A DNA stretch of 64,000 nt from Treponema sp. GTDB lineage: Bacteria; Spirochaetota; Spirochaetia; Treponematales; Breznakiellaceae. Where the stretch lies: assembly GCA_031274285.1 (NCBI GenBank), contig JAISQJ010000151.1, positions 3,843 to 67,842 on the forward strand, read 5' to 3'. This document shows, piece after piece, positions 1-9,129 of the stretch (positions are counted from its first letter, which is position 1; each line of letters starts with the position of its first letter). The position numbers and the translations under genes are program-made. The notes below the pieces were generated by a model. It was not told the origin of the DNA, made no database searches, and was given only the letters and a program-made list of their open reading frames with translations.

Positions 1-572
1 AGCTCTTTTATTTGACTGGCAATTGATAATTGCGGGTTATCATTTTGCAAATCTTTCAATTCGCTGACCAATGCGTCATAGCTCAGTTCATTGTCATTCT
101 TTTGATCAAAAAGATCACCTACTTTGGTAAAGAAATTTTTTAAGGAAATATTTTGATGTGATGCCGGTGTAAAGACTTCGTTTTTTCTGACCGCACGTAT
201 CACATCGATTGGTACGCGATAAGTTGGCATGTCGTGTTCTCTTTTACGGCAGCGGATGAGTTTTCGTTTTTCAAGCTCGTCAATGTCGTCCATAAAGCGG
301 AGCAGCTTTATACGGCTGCATTTTATAGATATAGCGATATCCTTAATGGTGATTGCCTGGTCATCACAGCGGTTTAGGAAATGGGCAAATATCGCCGCCT
401 GCGGCATAGAAAGCTGTAATTTTGCGACGGAGTAATCAAGGTGCGGCTTTGCCTTTTCCCAAAATCCTTCGGTAAAACCTTTCTTTTTGGATAGTTCGAC
501 GATTCTTTCAAAATGTTCAAGCAGGCCCATTGCCTTAACTGTTTCGCCGCTTTGTTTTTGTTGTTCAGTCAT
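1..572 (-). CDS. Partial CDS (first 190 codons; continues past the left window edge), unknown function; possibly the N-terminal leader of a larger ATPase-type protein
   Basis: Absent from the ORF track because it has no stop inside the window. The minus-strand ATG at 572-570 overlaps the TGA of the WYL gene (plus-strand tcat at 569-572 = ATGA). I translated 190 codons down to position 3 with no stop (MTEQQKQSGETVKAMGLLEHFERIVELSKKKGF...LSIASQIKEL). The region is visibly AT-rich compared with the rest of the window. The ATPase idea rests only on my recollection of similar N-termini and is unverified. Confidence 0.6.
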   Translation of the reverse strand, partial: MTEQQKQSGETVKAMGLLEHFERIVELSKKKGFTEGFWEKAKPHLDYSVAKLQLSMPQAAIFAHFLNRCDDQAITIKDIAISIKCSRIKLLRFMDDIDELEKRKLIRCRKREHDMPTYRVPIDVIRAVRKNEVFTPASHQNISLKNFFTKVGDLFDQKNDNELSYDALVSELKDLQNDNPQLSIASQIKE

Positions 573-1558
573 GCTTCCTCCCCCGTCATGCCGCTTAATT
601 CTTCAATATGCCATTTCCAGTCATCCACCAGTTCCCGCGGTTCAATGGGTTTGGCATAGCAGCCATGCGACAGGAGCCATTCCAGGACTTTATCGAATTG
701 GGTGCTGGTAAAGGTGATGATGGTCCCGTCTTCCGCATCGGTAAAGCTTTGATCCTGCGCCCATTTCCGTTCCTTTACCGATATGGCGGCTTCAGCATAA
801 AACTTGATTTTGAAGGTAAACTTGGTGTCTGCCGCAAAAATACCAAAATTGCTGCCGCCGGTGTGGTTGATATAGGTATAATCCTCCGGCAGGGTAAAGC
901 GGTCTTCCGTGGGGGCCGCGTTTTTAATCCGGTACAGTGAAAATACCCGCGTTCCCTTGCGTTCCTCGGAAAAGCCGTAGAGAAACCAAACCCCCTGGTC
1001 ATAGAGGAGTTGGTAGGGACGGACCCGGCGGCCAAAGGTTTCCTCATCGCTGGCGGACCGGTAATCAAAGGTGATGATTTTGTTTTCCCTAAGGCCGGAG
1101 ATAATGATATTCCAAACGCCGCTGTCCACCACGGCGGGGGCCGGCGGGGGTACCGCTATCCGCTTTTCGTACCACATGGGGTTATCGCCGTCTTCTAACG
1201 GGGAGGCAATGCCGTCCATGAATTGTTTTGCCGTTTGGTAAAGCGGAGTATCCCGGTAGAGGGAAAGAAATTGTTTTGCCATGCCCAGGGCCAGGAGGTC
1301 ATCGGCGGTGGCAAAGGCGGCGGGGATACGGAACCTCTTTTCCGTGTAGCAATAACCCCGCCGGGTTGTGTCATACGCTATGGGGGCGTTGAGGGTATCC
1401 CGCATAAACTCAATGTCCCGGCTGATGCTGGGAATGCTGGTTTCGTACTTTTTTGCCAGATCGCGGGTGCTGGGGTACCGTCCCGAGGCTATTTCCCGGT
1501 CTATAAAGTAGATACGCGATAGTTTTGTCCGCTTACTAAGGCTTTTTTGTTCGTTCAT
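569..1558 (-). CDS. WYL-domain transcriptional regulator (N-terminal wHTH, central WYL, C-terminal extension; BrxR/CapW/PafBC-like architecture)
   Basis: 329-aa ORF. N-terminal HTH-like segment: YPSTRDLAKKYETSIPSISRDIEFMRD. WYL-type core: RVRPYQLLYDQGVWFLYGFSEERKGTRVFSLYRI. Confidence 0.85.
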   Translation of the reverse strand: MNEQKSLSKRTKLSRIYFIDREIASGRYPSTRDLAKKYETSIPSISRDIEFMRDTLNAPIAYDTTRRGYCYTEKRFRIPAAFATADDLLALGMAKQFLSLYRDTPLYQTAKQFMDGIASPLEDGDNPMWYEKRIAVPPPAPAVVDSGVWNIIISGLRENKIITFDYRSASDEETFGRRVRPYQLLYDQGVWFLYGFSEERKGTRVFSLYRIKNAAPTEDRFTLPEDYTYINHTGGSNFGIFAADTKFTFKIKFYAEAAISVKERKWAQDQSFTDAEDGTIITFTSTQFDKVLEWLLSHGCYAKPIEPRELVDDWKWHIEELSGMTGEEA

Positions 1559-1576
1559 GGCTTAAATATAGCACAG

Positions 1577-1601
1577 ACCTCTATCACATAGTGATAGAGG
1601 T
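1577..1601. promoter_or_regulatory. Perfect palindrome (11-bp arms, 3-bp centre) just upstream of the WYL gene start; candidate operator
   Basis: acctctatcac-ata-gtgatagaggt at 1577-1601, about 18 nt upstream of the minus-strand ATG at 1558, in the divergent region shared with rdgB. Confidence 0.5.
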
Positions 1602-1674
1602 AAAAAAAGACCATGGCCCGGCCGGACTCCCCAAAGCCCCCCCCTTCTGGTATGATGCCCCTCCGGGAGGGGAT

Positions 1675-2358
1675 ATGGCGCGGGAGATCTGGTTTGCCAC
1701 CGGAAACAGCGATAAAAAACGGGAACTTTCAGGGTTACTGGCCCCCCTGGGCATCACCGTTAAAATTCCCGGCGACGGGGGGATCGAAGGCTTCGATCCG
1801 GAGGAGACGGGGGGCAGTTTCCTGGAAAATTCCCTCCTCAAGGCCAGGGCCCTGCGTTCCCTGCTGCTAAGCCGGGGTATCTTTGAGCCGGTAATCGCCG
1901 ATGACTCAGGGCTCTGTGTGGACGCATTGGGGGGAAGGCCGGGGGTATACTCGGCCCGCTATGCCGGAAGGCATAGCGGACGCTATACCGGCAGCGGACG
2001 CTATACCGGCAGCGGGGACCGGGGACCGGGGGCCAGGGACAAAAAACTTGACGCGGCCGAGCGGAACCGCCTGCTCCTGGAGGAGCTGGGGGACCGGCCC
2101 GATCGCGGGGCCCGCTTTGTCTGCGCCATGGTCCTGCTGTTCGACGAAAACCGTTTTGTCTGCGTCCAGGAAACCCTGGAAGGGGAGCTGGTCAGGGAAG
2201 AAGGCCGGGGGACCGGGGGCTTCGGCTACGACCCGATTCTCTACATTCCTGAATTGGGCCGGACCGCGGCGGAACTGGGGGAGGAAGAAAAAAATAGAAT
2301 CAGCCACCGGGGAAAAGCGGGAAGGGCGATAGTAAAACTGTTGACATGCCAAAGCTAA
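1675..2358 (+). CDS. rdgB: RdgB/HAM1-family non-canonical purine NTP pyrophosphatase (dITP/XTP pyrophosphatase)
   Basis: IWFATGNSDKKRE, SARYAG, GFGYDPI and NRISHRGKA motifs. I prefer the ATG at 1675 (preceded by gggagggga) to the track start at 1591. Confidence 0.9.
   Translation: MAREIWFATGNSDKKRELSGLLAPLGITVKIPGDGGIEGFDPEETGGSFLENSLLKARALRSLLLSRGIFEPVIADDSGLCVDALGGRPGVYSARYAGRHSGRYTGSGRYTGSGDRGPGARDKKLDAAERNRLLLEELGDRPDRGARFVCAMVLLFDENRFVCVQETLEGELVREEGRGTGGFGYDPILYIPELGRTAAELGEEEKNRISHRGKAGRAIVKLLTCQS
1976..2015 (+). repeat. 18-bp tandem duplication (about 2.2 units) inside rdgB
   Basis: gcggacgctataccggca occurs twice and then restarts as gcgg. It encodes SGRYTG-SGRYTG-SG, inserted after the conserved SARYAG motif. 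Confidence 0.9.
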
Positions 2359-4559
2359 ACTACGAAGGGGAACTCAACGGTCCCCAGCTCAAGGCGGCCC
2401 TCAGCCTGGAAGGGCCGCTGCTCATCATTGCCGGGGCGGGCTCGGGAAAAACCAGGGTCATCACCTTCCGCATTGCCCGGATGCTGGAAAAGGGCATCGG
2501 CCAGCACGCCATCCTGGCCCTTACCTTTACCAACAAGGCGGCCCGGGAAATGGAAAGCCGGGTTAAGGAGTTAACCGGCCGGAAACTGCGGGATTTAACG
2601 GTCAGTACCTTTCACGCCTTTGGGGTAAAGATACTGCGGGAAGAGATAGAGGCCCTGGGCTACCGGAAAAATTTTTCGATCTACGACGAGACCGACCGGA
2701 ACCGGCTTATCAAGGAATGTCTGCGGGAATGCAGAGTCGGTTCGGAAGGGGTGGACCTCTACAAGCTGGGGCAGCTTTTTTCCAATGTCAAGATCGGCCG
2801 TTTCCGCTGGGGAAGCGATCCCGGCGGCGATACGGCGGATTCCGTTTGGGAGCCGGTGTACCGGGAATACCAACTGGGCCTCAAGATTTACAACGCCCTG
2901 GACTTTGACGATCTCCTCAGCCTCCCCATCAGGCTTTTTGAGGAGCACCCTGAAATACTCGAAAAATACCACCACCGCTACCGCTACCTTATGGTAGACG
3001 AGTTCCAGGATACCAGCCTTATCCAGTACCGGCTCCTCCGTATGCTGGCCTGGGGGAATGCCGCGGGTCAGGGAAACGGCGGTCAGGGAGAGGGCGGCCG
3101 GGGGCCGAATGTATGCGTGGTGGGGGACGACGATCAATCGATATATTCCTGGCGGGGGGCAAACTACGAAAACCTCAGCCGTTTTGAAAAGGATTTCCCC
3201 GGTACCCTGGAGATCAAGCTGGAGCAAAACTACCGTTCCACCACTACCATCCTGGAGGCCGCCAACGGGGTTATCGCCAACAACAGCAGCCGTAAGGATA
3301 AGCGGCTCTGGTCAGGAAACGGCGGGGGCCGGCCCATTGAATTATGCAGCCCGGAAACCGAATCGGAGGAAGCGGATTTTATCGCGGGGGAAATAAAAAG
3401 GCTCCGCTACCAGGACAAGCTGCGCTACGACGATTTCGGGGTCCTCCTGCGGACCAATTCCCAATTCCCCGTCATCGAAGAAGCCTTTTTGGCGGAGAAT
3501 ATCCCCTACCGGGTTTCCGGGGGCATGAGTTTTTTTGAGCGGGAGGAGATACGGGACATCATTTCCTACCTCCGGGTCATAGGCAACCCCGATGACGATG
3601 TAAATTTACTGCGGATCATAAACACCCCCCGCCGGGGCATCGGTAAGTCCACGATAGCATCGCTGTCGGAGCAGGCGAAAAAAAATCATACCAGCCTTTG
3701 GCAGACCCTGCAGCGGTTCGAAGGGAGACATTCCGCTTTACAGGAAGCCGAGCGGAGCCAGGGAAAACTTTTTCAGCATGAAACGGGCGCGGACTCTTTC
3801 CACGGGGCCTTTCACCGGCCTTCCCAGGGGGACCAGCCCCCCCGCGGTGAAATTGAGGGGTTTGTTACCCTTATCGAAGGCTGGCGGGAATCGATTCTAG
3901 GGAAGAAGGGTTTTTCCCAGATGGTGCGGGCCATGGTGGACAGCGTTGATTACTGGAGCTACCTGGTCAGCGAGTACAGTAAAAATGAGAAGATCGCCCG
4001 CTGGAAATTCGGCAACATCGATTACCTGATCAAGAGTATTGAAACCTGGGAACAGGATGGGGACAACCTGGACCCCAGCCTCTACCCCTGGCTCAACCGG
4101 ATAAGCCTTATAAGCCGCAGCGACGGGGACGATTCGGAGGACGGGCAGTTCAGATCCGGCAGGGTGAATCTGATGACCATCCATGCCGCCAAGGGCCTTG
4201 AATTCCCCGTGGTCTTTATCGCCGGCGCGGAGGCGGGCATCATCCCCCACAAGCGGAGCATCGAAGACGGGGAAGCCGGTTCCCCAAGCCCCCCGGACAC
4301 CGCAGGTCCGGCCGCCGCCAGCCCGCCGGCCCTGGAGGAGGAGCGCCGGCTTTTCTATGTGGCCATCACCAGGGCCAGGGACAAGCTCTACATATCAAGC
4401 TGCCGGAAACGCCGCACCAGGCAGGAACTCTGCGACAGTGCCCCCTCCCCCTTTCTGGAAGAGATACCCCCGCACCTCATAACGCAGCACGCGGAACAGA
4501 CGGAGGAAGAGTCCGGTACGGAGGATTTTTTTTCCAGAATAAAGGAGCGGCTCCGTTAA
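2346..4559 (+). CDS. UvrD/PcrA/Rep-family ATP-dependent DNA helicase
   Basis: AGAGSGKTRV (Walker A), TFTNKAAREM, DEFQDTS, VGDDDQSIYSWRGA, MTIHAAKGLEFPVVF, RRLFYVAITRARDKL. Overlaps the end of rdgB by 13 nt. Confidence 0.93.
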   Translation: MPKLNYEGELNGPQLKAALSLEGPLLIIAGAGSGKTRVITFRIARMLEKGIGQHAILALTFTNKAAREMESRVKELTGRKLRDLTVSTFHAFGVKILREEIEALGYRKNFSIYDETDRNRLIKECLRECRVGSEGVDLYKLGQLFSNVKIGRFRWGSDPGGDTADSVWEPVYREYQLGLKIYNALDFDDLLSLPIRLFEEHPEILEKYHHRYRYLMVDEFQDTSLIQYRLLRMLAWGNAAGQGNGGQGEGGRGPNVCVVGDDDQSIYSWRGANYENLSRFEKDFPGTLEIKLEQNYRSTTTILEAANGVIANNSSRKDKRLWSGNGGGRPIELCSPETESEEADFIAGEIKRLRYQDKLRYDDFGVLLRTNSQFPVIEEAFLAENIPYRVSGGMSFFEREEIRDIISYLRVIGNPDDDVNLLRIINTPRRGIGKSTIASLSEQAKKNHTSLWQTLQRFEGRHSALQEAERSQGKLFQHETGADSFHGAFHRPSQGDQPPRGEIEGFVTLIEGWRESILGKKGFSQMVRAMVDSVDYWSYLVSEYSKNEKIARWKFGNIDYLIKSIETWEQDGDNLDPSLYPWLNRISLISRSDGDDSEDGQFRSGRVNLMTIHAAKGLEFPVVFIAGAEAGIIPHKRSIEDGEAGSPSPPDTAGPAAASPPALEEERRLFYVAITRARDKLYISSCRKRRTRQELCDSAPSPFLEEIPPHLITQHAEQTEEESGTEDFFSRIKERLR

Positions 4560-4610
4560 CAGCCTGTTGCAGGCGCAGCAAACTCCTAAGAGCCGTAGCT
4601 TCGTGTCCGG

Positions 4611-4982
4611 TTAGGCGCTCTTCTTGCGGGCCCTTACCAGGGTTTTTATTTTTTTTAAGGTCTCGTCGGAAAGGAGGTGCTCCATCTTGCATGCGTCCTT
4701 TTCCGCGGTTTCCCCGCTTACCCCCACCACATCCTGCAGGAAATTGGTAAGCAGACTGTGCCGTTCCCGAATTTCCTGGGCCCGGACAACTCCCTTGGGG
4801 GTAAGGCTTACCGTGCGGTAGCGTTCATGGCCCAGGTAGCCCTGGTCCTCCAGAATTTTAAGGGCCGTAAGCACCGAAGGCTTGCTCACGTTAAGGCGGG
4901 CGGCAATATCCGTTACCCGGACTTCCCCCTCGTCGGCGAGAAAACTAACCATTTCAAGATAATCTTCCAAAGACTGAGTCAT
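4611..4982 (-). CDS. DtxR/MntR-family metal-dependent transcriptional repressor (TroR-like, short form)
   Basis: LEDYLEMV...VRVTDIAARLNVSKPSVLTALKILEDQGYL...RHSLLTNFL is the typical N-terminal wHTH plus dimerisation region. Confidence 0.85.
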   Translation of the reverse strand: MTQSLEDYLEMVSFLADEGEVRVTDIAARLNVSKPSVLTALKILEDQGYLGHERYRTVSLTPKGVVRAQEIRERHSLLTNFLQDVVGVSGETAEKDACKMEHLLSDETLKKIKTLVRARKKSA

Positions 4983-4993
4983 TATCCATAAGT

Positions 4994-5842
4994 TTGGGGG
5001 ATAAACCGGGACTTGTCAATGTACGATGTTTATACGAGAACTTACGGGTGAAACAAAATACCGCCTTTGAAGCCTGGTACCATGCCGTTTACGGCGGCCG
5101 CTGGGCCCTGCTGCGGGAGAGCCTCCTGGCCCCCGCCGGGGGCATCCTCTATGACGAGGGCCTGGTCAAACCCTACCGGATGGATCCCGCCTCGATCCTG
5201 GCGGCCCGGTCCCTAAGGCTCCCCGCGGAGGGCGAAATTTTGGACGCGTGCGCCGCACCGGGGGGCAAGACCCTGGTCATCACGGGCCGCATGGGTATGG
5301 GGGTCCGGCTCCTGGCCAACGAAATTTCCGGCCCGCGGCGCAGGCGGCTCCTGGCGGTGCTGGATGAACACCTGGATGCGGAAAAGCGGGCAAGGGTACG
5401 GGTTTCGGGCTTTGACGCCGCGGCCGCGGGGGCCAGGAGGGGCGAATGGGGCCGCTTCGACGCCATCCTCCTGGATGCGCCCTGCTCCAGCGAGCGGCAT
5501 GTACTGGCCGATCCCGGGGCCCTGGCCCAATGGCGGCCCGCCCGGCCCCGCTTCCTCGCCAAGCGGCAATGGTCCCTGCTCTCCGCCGCCTTCCTCCTCC
5601 TAAAGCCGGGAGGCTCCCTGGTCTACGCCACCTGTTCCATAAACCCGGACGAGAACGACGGGGCGGCCGGGCGGCTTCTGGAAAAATACGGGGAAGCGGC
5701 CCCAGGCCGGACGGAGACGGCGCTGCCGGATCCCCCGGACTTTACCGAGGGGGAGGCGGCTCAATTCGGCAGGATCATCCTCCCCGATGTTGCAGGGGGC
5801 CGGGGACCCATGTACGTGGCCCGGTTTAGAAAGAGCGGCTAG
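4994..5842 (+). CDS. RsmB/NOP2/Sun-family SAM-dependent RNA (cytosine-C5) methyltransferase
   Basis: DACAAPGGKT, ILLDAPCSSERH and LVYATCSINPDEN motifs. The start is uncertain: the track start is TTG at 4994, only 11 nt from the divergent repressor gene. An in-frame GTG at 5048 is an alternative. Confidence 0.85.
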   Translation: MGDKPGLVNVRCLYENLRVKQNTAFEAWYHAVYGGRWALLRESLLAPAGGILYDEGLVKPYRMDPASILAARSLRLPAEGEILDACAAPGGKTLVITGRMGMGVRLLANEISGPRRRRLLAVLDEHLDAEKRARVRVSGFDAAAAGARRGEWGRFDAILLDAPCSSERHVLADPGALAQWRPARPRFLAKRQWSLLSAAFLLLKPGGSLVYATCSINPDENDGAAGRLLEKYGEAAPGRTETALPDPPDFTEGEAAQFGRIILPDVAGGRGPMYVARFRKSG

Positions 5843-5888
5843 TACCCAGGCGCACAAGGGGAAGATCGTGTAGGAGCTGTGCATGTCC

Positions 5889-7076
5889 TTAGTTCAATCG
5901 AGCTTCCAGGGCTCCGGCCAGCCGTTCCAGGGCCGCTTCCAGGGTTGCCGGGGGACAGGCCAGGTTGACCCGCTCAAAGCCCCGGCCCGCATCGCCGAAG
6001 ATATAGCCCTCGTCAAGGAAAAGCTGGGCCTCGTTAACCATGAAGTTCTCCAGTTCCCGGTGATCCATCCCCAGTTCCCGGCAGTCCCACCACTGGAGGT
6101 AGGTTCCCTCCAGGGGGAAGGGCCTTATCCGGGGAATCCGGCGGGCAAAAAATTCCTCAACCATTTTTCTGTTGGCGTCAATGACGGTGATAAGCTCCTC
6201 CAGCCAGGCTTCGCAGCGGGTGTAGGCAATCTCGCAGGCCCGGTAGGCCAGGATGTTCAGTTGGGGATGTCCCAGGTGGCGGATCACCTCATCGGTGTAC
6301 TGTTTCCTCAGTTCCCGGTTGGGAATAATGATGTTGGAAACCTGCATCCCCGCGATGTTAAAGGTCTTGCTGGGGGCGGTACAGACGATCATGTTCTGGG
6401 CGTATTCCTCCCCCAGGGCGGCGAAGACCCGGTGGGAAAAGCCGGGCATGACAAGATCAAAATGAATCTCGTCGGAGATAATTTTGACCCCGTTCCTTAG
6501 ACAAATATCGCCGACCCTTTTCAATTCTTCGGCTTCCCAGACCCGGCCCACGGGGTTGTGGGGGCTGCAGAAAAGGAGAACCCGGTTATTGGGATCCTTG
6601 GCCTTTGCTTCCAGATCGTCAAAATCAATCTCGTAGCGGCCGTTTTTCAGCAGCAGCGGATTGACCGCCAGGGCCCGCTGGTTCAGTTCCACCGCGCTGA
6701 AAAAGGGGGGATACACCGGCGGCATGATGATAACCCCCTGCCCCGGAGCGGCAAGGGCGTTGACCGCGTTGTAAAACGCGGAGACCACTCCGCCGGAGCT
6801 GACGATCCAGTCATCCTCGATTTCCCAGCCGTGGCGGCGCTTCATCCAGAGCCGGACCGCCTGGTAGTACCGTTCCGTGGGACCGGAATAGCCCAAAACC
6901 AGGCCGTCCAAAAAATCCCGCAGGCCCCCGGTAATTTCCGGCGCGGTCTTGAACTCCATGTCCGCCACCGAAAGGGGCACGATGCCCTTGGCCAGCTTGG
7001 GATTCTTCCGCTTCATGGCGTCCCATTTGCCGGACCCCGATCCGGAACGGTCCACCTGGGTTGTAAAATCGTACAT
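5889..7076 (-). CDS. patB: PatB/MalY-type PLP-dependent C-S lyase (cystathionine beta-lyase-like aminotransferase class I/II)
   Basis: MYDFTTQVDRSGSGSGKWD, CSPHNPVGRVW, PSKTFNIAGM. The ATG at 7076 follows AAGGAG; the track start at 7115 is probably an extension. Confidence 0.85.
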   Translation of the reverse strand: MYDFTTQVDRSGSGSGKWDAMKRKNPKLAKGIVPLSVADMEFKTAPEITGGLRDFLDGLVLGYSGPTERYYQAVRLWMKRRHGWEIEDDWIVSSGGVVSAFYNAVNALAAPGQGVIIMPPVYPPFFSAVELNQRALAVNPLLLKNGRYEIDFDDLEAKAKDPNNRVLLFCSPHNPVGRVWEAEELKRVGDICLRNGVKIISDEIHFDLVMPGFSHRVFAALGEEYAQNMIVCTAPSKTFNIAGMQVSNIIIPNRELRKQYTDEVIRHLGHPQLNILAYRACEIAYTRCEAWLEELITVIDANRKMVEEFFARRIPRIRPFPLEGTYLQWWDCRELGMDHRELENFMVNEAQLFLDEGYIFGDAGRGFERVNLACPPATLEAALERLAGALEARLN

Positions 7077-7087
7077 CGTTATGCTCC

Positions 7088-7876
7088 TTAATCTCGATAA
7101 TAATCGATCTCCCACAAAAAAAGGCCCTGTCCCGGCAGGGTGGGACCGGCAAGGCGGCGATCCCCCCTGTCCAGGGCCTCCGCCAGGGCCTCCGGGGCCA
7201 GGCCCCGCTCCTCATAGCAAAGCAGGGTTCCCAACACGGAGCGGACCATCTTCCACAGGAAGGCGTTGGCGGAAATTTCAAAGATCAGGGTATCCCGCTG
7301 TACAAAAAAAAAGCAACGGGAAATATAGCGGCAACGGGAAAGGCTTGAATCCCGGGGACTGGCAAAAAGAGAGCAGTCCCGTTCCCCCAAAAGCAGCCGT
7401 CCGTAGTCATTGAGACTCCGTATCCGGGGACGGCGGCGCAGGGCTAGGGCGTAGCGCAGCTCCTGGGGCAGGGCCTGCCTGCCGCAGATAAGGTGGTAGC
7501 GGTAGGTCCGGGACCGGGCGTCAAAGCGGGCGTGGAAGTCTCCCCCCGCCTCCCTGGCTTCCAGAATCCGGATATCCTTGGGCAAGAGGCTGTTCAGGGC
7601 GGGGGCAAAACGTTCCGGAGGAATACTCTCCAGGGGCGTATGGAAATTCGCCACCTGTCCCGCCGCATGGACCCCCGCATCGGTACGGCCCGATCCGGTA
7701 AGGGGCGTCCTGGTCCCCTGCATCTTTTCCAGGGCATCTTCAATGGTCCCCTGGACGCTGCGCCCCCTGCCCTGCCGCTGCCAGCCGCAAAAGTCCGTGC
7801 CGTCGTAGGCGATACGGAGCCGGATATTGCGCTTCCCCCGCGGGGAAGTTCCGTCCGCGGACCGATCTTCACCCAC
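7088..7876 (-). CDS. truA: tRNA pseudouridine(38-40) synthase
   Basis: RIAYDGTDFCGWQRQ and GSGRTDAGVHAAGQVANF motifs. Confidence 0.92.
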   Translation of the reverse strand: MGEDRSADGTSPRGKRNIRLRIAYDGTDFCGWQRQGRGRSVQGTIEDALEKMQGTRTPLTGSGRTDAGVHAAGQVANFHTPLESIPPERFAPALNSLLPKDIRILEAREAGGDFHARFDARSRTYRYHLICGRQALPQELRYALALRRRPRIRSLNDYGRLLLGERDCSLFASPRDSSLSRCRYISRCFFFVQRDTLIFEISANAFLWKMVRSVLGTLLCYEERGLAPEALAEALDRGDRRLAGPTLPGQGLFLWEIDYYRD

Positions 7877-7893
7877 AGGAGGCCCCGGCCGGC

Positions 7894-8751
7894 TCAGGCA
7901 TCGGCTTCATTCAGTTCCCGGTTGATGGCATCGTAGATCTGCCGGGCATGGTCTAAGAGGGGCCCCGGCTTGTCCTTGGAGGATTTTCCCATGCCAAAGA
8001 TCTTGGCAATGGTTCTGCGGGCCTCCTCCAGGGAAGGCTGCCGCTGTTCCGGTTCGGTGGGGCCGAATTTGTAACGCAGGTAGGCGCAGAGGTAAAGCAC
8101 CCCCTCGTACGCGTAGTTTTTATCCGTGTCCGGGCCGAAACTCTTCATCGCCGAGAGGGTCTCCCTGCCGGCCTGCTCCAGCCGGATTGCCTCGTTGTAC
8201 AAAAACTGGGCCTTCCGCCTGAAAAGGGTGGCAAGCCAATCGTAATGCTGGCGGGGATTCTTTTTATCAAGGTCGTCAAAAAGCCAGGCCGCCCGCAAGG
8301 CGGCCAGCCCCTGCTTGATGGTGGGGCTGGAATTTTTATCAAAGTACTGGTAGCAGCGCATGACCAGGTACTGGGAAACCGCCCCCTCCGCCAGGCCCCG
8401 GGGGGAAGAAAAATCCACTCCCGCGGACAGGCGTTTCGCATCCTTAACCCGGTTCTCCCGGTCGTCTTTGGCCTTAAGGAGGCCCTCGCCTGCAAGCTCC
8501 GCAAAATCCTGGTCCATGACCGCGAACCAACATTCGGGACAGACCGTGGCCTGGTAAATCAGGGGAAAAATTTCACCGTATTTGGCGCTGGGCTCGTAGA
8601 TCCGGTGGAGCTCTTCGGTCATGGGGCCGGCGATAAGCCTGCCCCCGCCGGAAAGGAGTTCTTCCTTCCGAAATTTAGCCCCGCAGACCGGGCATTCGTA
8701 CTCTCTCCGGGATAAAAACGATACCTTTAGTTCCTTTTCGTCTCCGTCCAT
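7894..8751 (-). CDS. DUF2225-like protein (N-terminal zinc-ribbon CxxC...CxxC, helical C-terminal part)
   Basis: YECPVCGAKFRKEELLSGGGRLIAG ... ATVCPECWFA. The family assignment is from memory of the DUF2225 pattern. Confidence 0.6.
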   Translation of the reverse strand: MDGDEKELKVSFLSRREYECPVCGAKFRKEELLSGGGRLIAGPMTEELHRIYEPSAKYGEIFPLIYQATVCPECWFAVMDQDFAELAGEGLLKAKDDRENRVKDAKRLSAGVDFSSPRGLAEGAVSQYLVMRCYQYFDKNSSPTIKQGLAALRAAWLFDDLDKKNPRQHYDWLATLFRRKAQFLYNEAIRLEQAGRETLSAMKSFGPDTDKNYAYEGVLYLCAYLRYKFGPTEPEQRQPSLEEARRTIAKIFGMGKSSKDKPGPLLDHARQIYDAINRELNEADA

Positions 8752-9129
8752 CTATGCCCCCCCTTCCAGCACCACCATGGCAATGGCGTTATCCCGCTCG
8801 TGGGTCAGGGAAATGTGGATTCGCAGGGCCCCGCTTCTTTCCAGGGCCTTCCGCGCGGTGTTAAAAACCCTCACCTCCGGCCGCCCGTTAAAGCTGTTTA
8901 CCACCATCACGTCTTTTAATACGATCCCCGCCAGCCCCGTGCCCAGGGCCTTGCCAAAGGCTTCCTTGGCGGCAAACCGGGCCGCCAGGGAAAGATTGGC
9001 CCCCACACCCTTTTCCAGGGCCGCGGAAAGCTCCTGGGGGTGGAAGTACCGTTCCAGCAGCCCCGGAATGGAACGCCACCGCTCCATGCGGTTCACGTGG
9101 ACCACATCCACCCCTATTCCGGTAATCAC
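8752..9129 (-). CDS. acpS: Holo-[acyl-carrier-protein] synthase
   Basis: ITGIGVDVVHVNRM, KEAFGKALGTG, SLTHERDNAIAMVVLE. Confidence 0.92.
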   Translation of the reverse strand: MITGIGVDVVHVNRMERWRSIPGLLERYFHPQELSAALEKGVGANLSLAARFAAKEAFGKALGTGLAGIVLKDVMVVNSFNGRPEVRVFNTARKALERSGALRIHISLTHERDNAIAMVVLEGGA

